From a virus (taxonomy: Duplodnaviria > Caudoviricetes), in IMG/VR virus record IMGVR_UViG_3300006056_000027, positions 32,001 to 96,000 of that record: a stretch of 64,000 nucleotides of DNA; one strand, 5' to 3'. Below the pieces are notes generated by a model that worked only from the letters and a program-made list of their open reading frames with translations, ran no database searches and was not told the DNA's origin. Below are positions 58,601-64,000 of the stretch, piece by piece. Every line of letters starts with the position of its first letter. Positions within the stretch are counted from its first letter, which is position 1. The position numbers and the translations under genes were made by a program.

Positions 58601-60456
58601 TTTATTTTTAATGCAGAGTTGTTTGTCCAAGCAGATTTAATTATTCCACCTGTGTAAACATTTCCAATCCTTGATTCCTTGCCAAGCTTATCAAATCCTA
58701 CGACGTCATTTGCTCCAAGTTTAATATTCTCAAGCATTGCCTGTCTCTTGGTTAAGTCACTTTCCGACATAGCTTTTGCAAGTTCTTCATGGATAATTGG
58801 ATAAAGACCATTCTCTCCTTTTGCTATTTCTAAAGAGATGTGTTGCTTCTCTGACAGTCTAGCAAGAGATTCTTCGTTAATAAGACCAGCACCATCTGCA
58901 ATACTTACATGTCCTCCAAATAATTTAGAGATATAACTACTCATTCCTGAATCAATATCTACTCTTGAAACTATCTTTTCATTACCAGCACCGAGTCTGG
59001 CCCCAGGCTCTTCAATGTATCCTCTGCCAGTTACGACATCTGTAGCACGTTCCATCGTCGGTACAAAGGCATCATCCAAGGCTAGGTTCTTAAAGTCCAA
59101 TGCAGAGAAGTATCCAACAGTGTTTAGTCCTTGTCCAGCTAATGGATTATACCCTTCGTGCGCGAACTCATTGCCTAGTCTTCTTAATAGGTTGCTCATC
59201 TCTGATGCGCTACCGTTCTCAGAAATAGACTTAATTTTGTTTAATTTCATTAAGCCGTCGTCTTTAATTTCAATAGCGTCTTCAAAGTATACGGATGCAC
59301 CAGATAGCCTTCTCATATATTCTGAAAACTTACTATCAGGCATCGAAGTAAGATCTCCTAGTTTGTTATAGGCAAGTGGAGAGTCTGCAGCAACATACTG
59401 CATTTGCTTCATTGTTTTTTCATACCAGTCCGCTATATTAACCTTGCCATCTTTCTTTTCCATGAAGCCTATAATGTCTTCTGGAGCCATCTTCGTCTTA
59501 ATAAGTTCAGATATATTATCTGATCCCATAATGTCTTTTAGTAGTGGTTCATTAAAATATGCTTGGCCATTGGCGTAGAGTCTTCCAAATGGATTAATTG
59601 GCTTTGATGCGTATAGCGTATCTCCAATTTTTGCAAAGCGAGCACTACCACCTTTGTTTTGAACTGTTAGTGGAATCTCATGCGCTACACCATTTTGTTG
59701 AGCTATTAATGTGCTTCCTTTCACAACAAAATCTGTACCATGAAGGCCATGCAATAACAGTCCTGCTTTTCTAGTAGCTTCTTCTTTGCCATATCCTAAT
59801 TGATTAATAAAATGACTAGACAGTATATTGAGACTATTTGCCTTATTTGAGGTTGAGTTTATATGTACTGTTTTAAGTGTTTCTTGGAACTTATTATCTG
59901 CGGCATCTACTAATTGGATTTTAGTATCTAACTTTCTAGCATTACTAATTGCCGATATAGCTTTTTCTTCTGTGTCAGATCCCATAATAAACTTAGAAAG
60001 ATTATCTAGGTAATCATTAGAATTAGATCCAAGCTCTGCTGGTAGCGTAACACCTCTAGCGCTAGCAAGTGTCAATACGTTGTGTTGCAATATTTCTATT
60101 CTTGATTTAAGCCTATCAACGTGATTAATAGCTCTATCTAGCTTCTTGGCATTGTTTCTAGTTTGTTTCCATCCACCTATTGCAACTACAAGATTCTCAG
60201 CTTTCTTTAACTTGGAATTAAGTCCTGTAACCTTATCTGATAAGTTTTGACGATCAAATTGTTTAGACATAAGCATAGAGCTGTCATATTTGAATACAGC
60301 ATTCTTTTTAGAAAAAGGAGATACCACTTTTGAGTAAGAAGAATAATACGCAGTAGCAGCTCCTATACCGCTACCTAATATTCCAGCGATAGGATGATCA
60401 AGTGGATCTTGTGATAGGCCACCTATAGCAGCCCCTGTTAATAATTTTAATGACAT
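55681..60456 (-). CDS. Putative single-chain two-barrel (beta-beta' fused) virion RNA polymerase
   Basis: Colinear motifs ADGAGLIN, KLFGTSSKAG, GDIMLG, GSMSWLERKQLKASG, LLKGDG..VDGS, TREPSQ and TDYDYD (56851-56865). Confidence 0.7.
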   Translation of the reverse strand: MSLKLLTGAAIGGLSQDPLDHPIAGILGSGIGAATAYYSSYSKVVSPFSKKNAVFKYDSSMLMSKQFDRQNLSDKVTGLNSKLKKAENLVVAIGGWKQTRNNAKKLDRAINHVDRLKSRIEILQHNVLTLASARGVTLPAELGSNSNDYLDNLSKFIMGSDTEEKAISAISNARKLDTKIQLVDAADNKFQETLKTVHINSTSNKANSLNILSSHFINQLGYGKEEATRKAGLLLHGLHGTDFVVKGSTLIAQQNGVAHEIPLTVQNKGGSARFAKIGDTLYASKPINPFGRLYANGQAYFNEPLLKDIMGSDNISELIKTKMAPEDIIGFMEKKDGKVNIADWYEKTMKQMQYVAADSPLAYNKLGDLTSMPDSKFSEYMRRLSGASVYFEDAIEIKDDGLMKLNKIKSISENGSASEMSNLLRRLGNEFAHEGYNPLAGQGLNTVGYFSALDFKNLALDDAFVPTMERATDVVTGRGYIEEPGARLGAGNEKIVSRVDIDSGMSSYISKLFGGHVSIADGAGLINEESLARLSEKQHISLEIAKGENGLYPIIHEELAKAMSESDLTKRQAMLENIKLGANDVVGFDKLGKESRIGNVYTGGIIKSAWTNNSALKINVEASFDASIQRWLKLFGTSSKAGYTSVTDSQFKAISTMENLRRSGIISFDSSASGYSIDEKSKGFKDYVLELRRKRYALKGYTANADVAKLQINSLMTSGNIDGAAKHLVNRFGIAGDIMLGAKDSGADALYDHNKLIQTLTDANKLNEKGLFGNAVKILQDAKSDELSKTKASIFIQSQMDFKGNSDLFVTLRNLASKNNDTKGLQDLDNLRGGRLLVENRDVAENALRSVIDRNVKSMSDVAALQTRVVADLGEGLHGIGNVGSMSWLERKQLKASGWTDDMLGVITRPSADAAFELRMIQSMAAIDKEIPDNIKATHGNQIVDSFDFIPENRKNALKGALTAQGDFLSYNLSTPEEYGKKGGKIKSVPISFLTTNRTGHLQVGEADILSKLDKKRRDLIKADLEYINAEPAHKKAYAARYMDVLSQVEEMHVRLLKGDGNIAKAASKSTVDGSSFMRARSVGGNFASFMESGAAKNAGAAYSKATIYGLAERMGIDSKSIHWEDVGHGGIQQAMIKDKKGNIRPLRNMWTREPSQGAFSIISGDAYFDPSAQLGKDEVGFAHNSNKNIFEKGQFTDYDYDTIRVTGIDFKNPEHKKMFEAMMATQNKAFDESQHLMDAMASKQKNGAINPKSFLGDYNSAAAYYADQATSSFKGRQRKILAAPATYLAMNMTDMLIHRLDSDTTLSAEERMSRSITGRTVIHNITESLIKSAHRSNEDIRRTMGVSEIETLQSAYKKLLGGNTREYREQTKQALENLLGNKVKSFAEGKRAEGHIDLADNIMKNYNQGISDVIEGTVEFAHQIERSGARIKDARDVHSFDKMIEYLQTMANANMIESEELAANTEARIKSIGQRGSDIFHAAKRNMYKNRMPLSVGAAALAATAMFVGAETPEMTKEAVPFSTSDGILGPLQSENAPTYKKSGYGQTTNINGQSKRDGQKVSNLQRTLFGDKGGSRTNVNIRDKREQRY

Positions 60457-63400
60457 TATGCACCAATGTTAAAGTTTAAATTGTCTGTCTTGCTTATATG
60501 GAATTGTACGCTATCAACGTCTACTCCACGTTTATATAGTTCACTTTTAATACTAGCGGAAGATCTTTTTTCTTCCTTGATGGAATTTTTGATCTGCTCG
60601 ATTTGTCCAGTAACTTGTTTTTCTTGTTGAACTATTGATAATCTTCTTAGTCTATTCTCATCGCTATCCCAAAAGCCATACTCTCTTACATCTTCTTTGC
60701 CAATTGATAATGTTTGTAGCTTGATATCTTTCATATCTATCCTAGGATCCCATCCAGCAAAGTTTCTATCTGGAACGCCAGTTGTTCTTTTTACATAACT
60801 TTCTACTTCTTTATCTTGTACAAATTCAGAGAATGAAGATGATTCTTTTTCATTACTTCTTTTGTATTGTTCGTATAGGCCTCTATTATCTGATATTAAG
60901 TCTGACTCTTCATTGCTAACTATATTCATAACAGCAGCAGTTTGAGCTTCTGGACTTGAGGCTCCAGCGATAGCGTCTCTACGTTTCCACAACTTGCTAT
61001 ATAAATTTGCTATATCTGTAGGAACCATATCAACTATTTGAGATCTTTCTTCTGAACTAGTAGCTCCTGAGAATGCTGCGAAGTACGCTTTCTGTCTATC
61101 TGGTAATGCTATGTAAGCTCTGGTCACTTCCATATTCTCATCTAAGCCAGTAGTCAATGCCCCAGTAACGGTTGCTTGATATTTCTTTTTATACTCATGT
61201 GCGTTGCCATCTCCGCTTGCCACAGACTCTTTGTATAGATTTCTATACTTCATATACTCTAATCTGTCAAAATATGTATCTATAGCATTTCTTTCTTGTG
61301 CTTCTTCTGGCATATCATTTGACGGATCTAGCTTATTAGCAAACGGTTTAAGGAAATGATCGTATGGCTTTGTCCACATACCGACATCAGAACCTTCTAT
61401 TTGTGTTGCTATATAATCTTCTGTAGCTGTTCTTTGATGTATAAACTTAGCTGCTGGTCTAAAGAATGTTAATGTTTCTGTTGGAGCTTCAGCAAGACGT
61501 GATGAGACGCTCCACAATGACGATAGAGCCGTGTCAACGAATCCAGCATCTTGCATATCCTCTTTGGTTAAAGGTGTGGCAAAACGCTTCTGTATGGATC
61601 TCTGAGACTCTTGATCCTTGATTGTGGAATACATTCCTTGTTCATAGTCTGTTAATTGACCCTGAACAGATCTTGCTTCCATAATATCTTTGTATTGATA
61701 GTATTCGTCACTACCTAAAGCGACATCTGAAAGGATTTTATACTTGAAGATATCTGGATAATCTTTTGGATCAATACCTTTAAGTTCTGGGAATAATTCA
61801 GAATAGCCTTCGCCAGGAAGTCTATAGTATCCTCTATCTACTTTTGAATAAGGGTCGCCAATAGAGAAGTCTTGCCAGTAATTATTAGGATCATGAGGTA
61901 GCCATTCTGGCATTAAGTTTCTTAAAGGGTTTGCAGAATCAACAATAGATCCTGAGTTTGTAGGAATAAATCTTCTAAGTGATTCACCTATTGGACCCAT
62001 ACCGCCGAGATTTCTTTCTAATAAGTCTCTAGCTATATTATTGCTTTCACCAGATCTAGCTAGTTGTAATCCAGAATCACCAACTCCAGTATGGGTATAG
62101 TCGTTCATCAACGACACAGCCCAACCTTTTAAGCCAGCAAAGTCTGTTAAAGCATTATAAGATCCATCTGCAAGTTCTCTATTCAGATTCATCTTTGCAT
62201 TTTCAGGGGCTAACATTTTGCCTTCCTGAACTAAAGATGCTTCCTCGTCTGTCACTTTCTGCTTAAGAGATACGCCCTGTTCTGAATCTAAAGATCCGCC
62301 ATCAACATATTCACTTAGTCTTTCATTAACTAAGTCAGGCTTAATTACTCTTCCAATTGTTCCTTCAAATATTTTACCGAATACACCAGCATGAGATACT
62401 GACATTCCCCAAACTGGATATGGAGATCTTTCTTGGTTAAGTTCTTCGTATCTGTATGGGTTTCTTAAATAATCAAATGGATGTAGGAATGGATTAAGAT
62501 CGCTCTTTGTTTCTTGATCGCCGTACTTACCAACTGTTTCGGCATCGTTCATTAACTGTGAATACCAAGACTTTGTAAAATACTTAATCTTACCGCCTTC
62601 ATATTCAGTACCACCAGATGTCCAGAATCTTGTTGATCTGATTGCTACATCTTCTTCACCAGAATATTCTTTTCTTAATTGCTCTGAAGACTCACCTACT
62701 AGTGCTCCTGGAAGGAATGGTAATGCTGGAATTGCACCGACTATAGCACCTAATGCTGCGAGTTTCTTAACCTTGGTCAGCTTAACTCCGTCTGCTGGAT
62801 CTCTAAGTAAAACCTTATTAACTAGAGAAGACTCTGTTTCTCTAGCAAAGATCTTTTCCGTTTCTGCAAAGCCTCTAATCGCTGTTGAGGCAAGTCTTGT
62901 TGAATAACCTACAGTACCACCAAACATGGCACCAGCTAATGGAAAACCTGCTAATGCAATTACGCTAGTAGACCCAGGCGCATAATATTCTTGTCTTTCT
63001 TTATATCCCTGAAAGTTATCAGACCATGCAGATGCAACACCAACTCTAGCAGTTGTATATCCAGTTGCTAATCCAGGAAGTATCCCTTTATCAAATGGAG
63101 AAGACTGATCTGCTACTGATTTAACTACTTCATTAAGAATGCTTAAACCAGCTCCAGCCATCAATGATGCTTTTGCTATATTGCCAGCACTCATTGCAAA
63201 TGATCTAGGAACAGACTTTGTATAATCTCCTTTAGTGCCTAAGCCTAAGCTAAGACTATCTCTAACGCCATGAAGGAAATTGTACTTCTGAGGAAGACCA
63301 GTTTTATCTATTAGTTCTGCAAAGAAGTCTAATGGCTTATCAAATATCTTAAAGCCAGGCTCTATAGATAATCTACCAAAAGCCCTAGACCATCCAAGCA

Positions 63401-63998
63401 TCATGTCACTTTGACTCTTACCAGCTATAACACCTAATTTTCCATTCTCTGATAAAGCAGCGTTATAGAATCTAGAAGCATCTTCTACTCCCATAACATT
63501 TCTAAACTTTTCATATACTCTGTTTAGGAATGGAGAGCTTTTTTCACCAAGACCTTTATCTACATCTGGAGACAGGGAAACGATTCTTGCATGCTCAAGT
63601 AAGGTTGATGACATATCTGCCGAGTATAATTTACCAGATTGATATACGGCACCACTTCTAAATACTTCATCTATTACTTGTGGATGTAGATTATTACCCT
63701 TCTCTGCAAATAGTTTTCTAAAATATTCTTCATCTAGAAACAATTGCGTTGCAGTTATGTTAATTGGAACTGTGTCTTTTGGAAGATTAGTTACCGATAA
63801 CAGACTTGATGTATGAAAGGTTCTTAGGATTTTAAATGGAGATAGTTCTTCAGCACCTTTAGCGAATGCAAGGCTTAGGTCACCAAGAGTAACCTTTCTT
63901 TTAATAGCAAGATCTGACCATGCCGTATCATTATATCTAATATAATCATTTAAGATGTTTAACTTAAACAACCTAGACGCAGCAGACTGACCTATATC
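60456..63998 (-). CDS. Large virion/ejection-type protein (5'-truncated by window edge)
   Basis: Frame stays open to the window end; several Gly/Ala-rich hydrophobic segments; TAATG-coupled to the RNAP-like gene. Confidence 0.65.
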   Translation of the reverse strand, partial: DIGQSAASRLFKLNILNDYIRYNDTAWSDLAIKRKVTLGDLSLAFAKGAEELSPFKILRTFHTSSLLSVTNLPKDTVPINITATQLFLDEEYFRKLFAEKGNNLHPQVIDEVFRSGAVYQSGKLYSADMSSTLLEHARIVSLSPDVDKGLGEKSSPFLNRVYEKFRNVMGVEDASRFYNAALSENGKLGVIAGKSQSDMMLGWSRAFGRLSIEPGFKIFDKPLDFFAELIDKTGLPQKYNFLHGVRDSLSLGLGTKGDYTKSVPRSFAMSAGNIAKASLMAGAGLSILNEVVKSVADQSSPFDKGILPGLATGYTTARVGVASAWSDNFQGYKERQEYYAPGSTSVIALAGFPLAGAMFGGTVGYSTRLASTAIRGFAETEKIFARETESSLVNKVLLRDPADGVKLTKVKKLAALGAIVGAIPALPFLPGALVGESSEQLRKEYSGEEDVAIRSTRFWTSGGTEYEGGKIKYFTKSWYSQLMNDAETVGKYGDQETKSDLNPFLHPFDYLRNPYRYEELNQERSPYPVWGMSVSHAGVFGKIFEGTIGRVIKPDLVNERLSEYVDGGSLDSEQGVSLKQKVTDEEASLVQEGKMLAPENAKMNLNRELADGSYNALTDFAGLKGWAVSLMNDYTHTGVGDSGLQLARSGESNNIARDLLERNLGGMGPIGESLRRFIPTNSGSIVDSANPLRNLMPEWLPHDPNNYWQDFSIGDPYSKVDRGYYRLPGEGYSELFPELKGIDPKDYPDIFKYKILSDVALGSDEYYQYKDIMEARSVQGQLTDYEQGMYSTIKDQESQRSIQKRFATPLTKEDMQDAGFVDTALSSLWSVSSRLAEAPTETLTFFRPAAKFIHQRTATEDYIATQIEGSDVGMWTKPYDHFLKPFANKLDPSNDMPEEAQERNAIDTYFDRLEYMKYRNLYKESVASGDGNAHEYKKKYQATVTGALTTGLDENMEVTRAYIALPDRQKAYFAAFSGATSSEERSQIVDMVPTDIANLYSKLWKRRDAIAGASSPEAQTAAVMNIVSNEESDLISDNRGLYEQYKRSNEKESSSFSEFVQDKEVESYVKRTTGVPDRNFAGWDPRIDMKDIKLQTLSIGKEDVREYGFWDSDENRLRRLSIVQQEKQVTGQIEQIKNSIKEEKRSSASIKSELYKRGVDVDSVQFHISKTDNLNFNIGA

Positions 63999-64000
63999 TG

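Noticed and set aside
33083-60013. Numerous short + strand ORFs within the structural arm (and short - strand or alternate-frame ORFs in the left arm)
   Set aside because: They are shadows of long coding genes with no motifs, mostly the antisense in-register frame.
1-64000. Stop-codon reassignment or prophage status
   Set aside because: The standard code gives near-complete coding density with TAA, TGA and TAG all used as stops; no integrase, att site or host genes were seen.

Overview
This is a 64 kb slice of a large, AT-rich, lytic-type tailed phage genome (probable myovirus), made of two convergent, tightly packed arms. The + arm (1-31756) carries replication, recombination and nucleotide genes: DHFR, SpoVG-like and Whirly-like nucleic-acid-binding proteins, RuvC, RecA, HU, a split DnaE, a Cas4-like nuclease, primase-helicase, ATP-dependent ligase, NrdAB with an HNH endonuclease between them, and MazG-like and DUF5664-like hydrolases. 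It also holds a PRTRC-like ubiquitin-conjugation cassette (Ubl, E2, JAB, E1) followed directly by a retron-type reverse transcriptase with a candidate msr/msd RNA. The - arm (31733-64000) is a virion module: baseplate J-like and gp25-like proteins, a tail fibre, a 2072-aa hub fused to a lytic transglycosylase and a staphylococcal-type nuclease, and a 1591-aa protein that reads as a single-chain beta-beta' two-barrel RNA polymerase with a DYDYD catalytic loop. All calls come from motif recognition by eye against recalled consensus sequences; no searches were run. No tRNA, rRNA, CRISPR array or integrase was seen.
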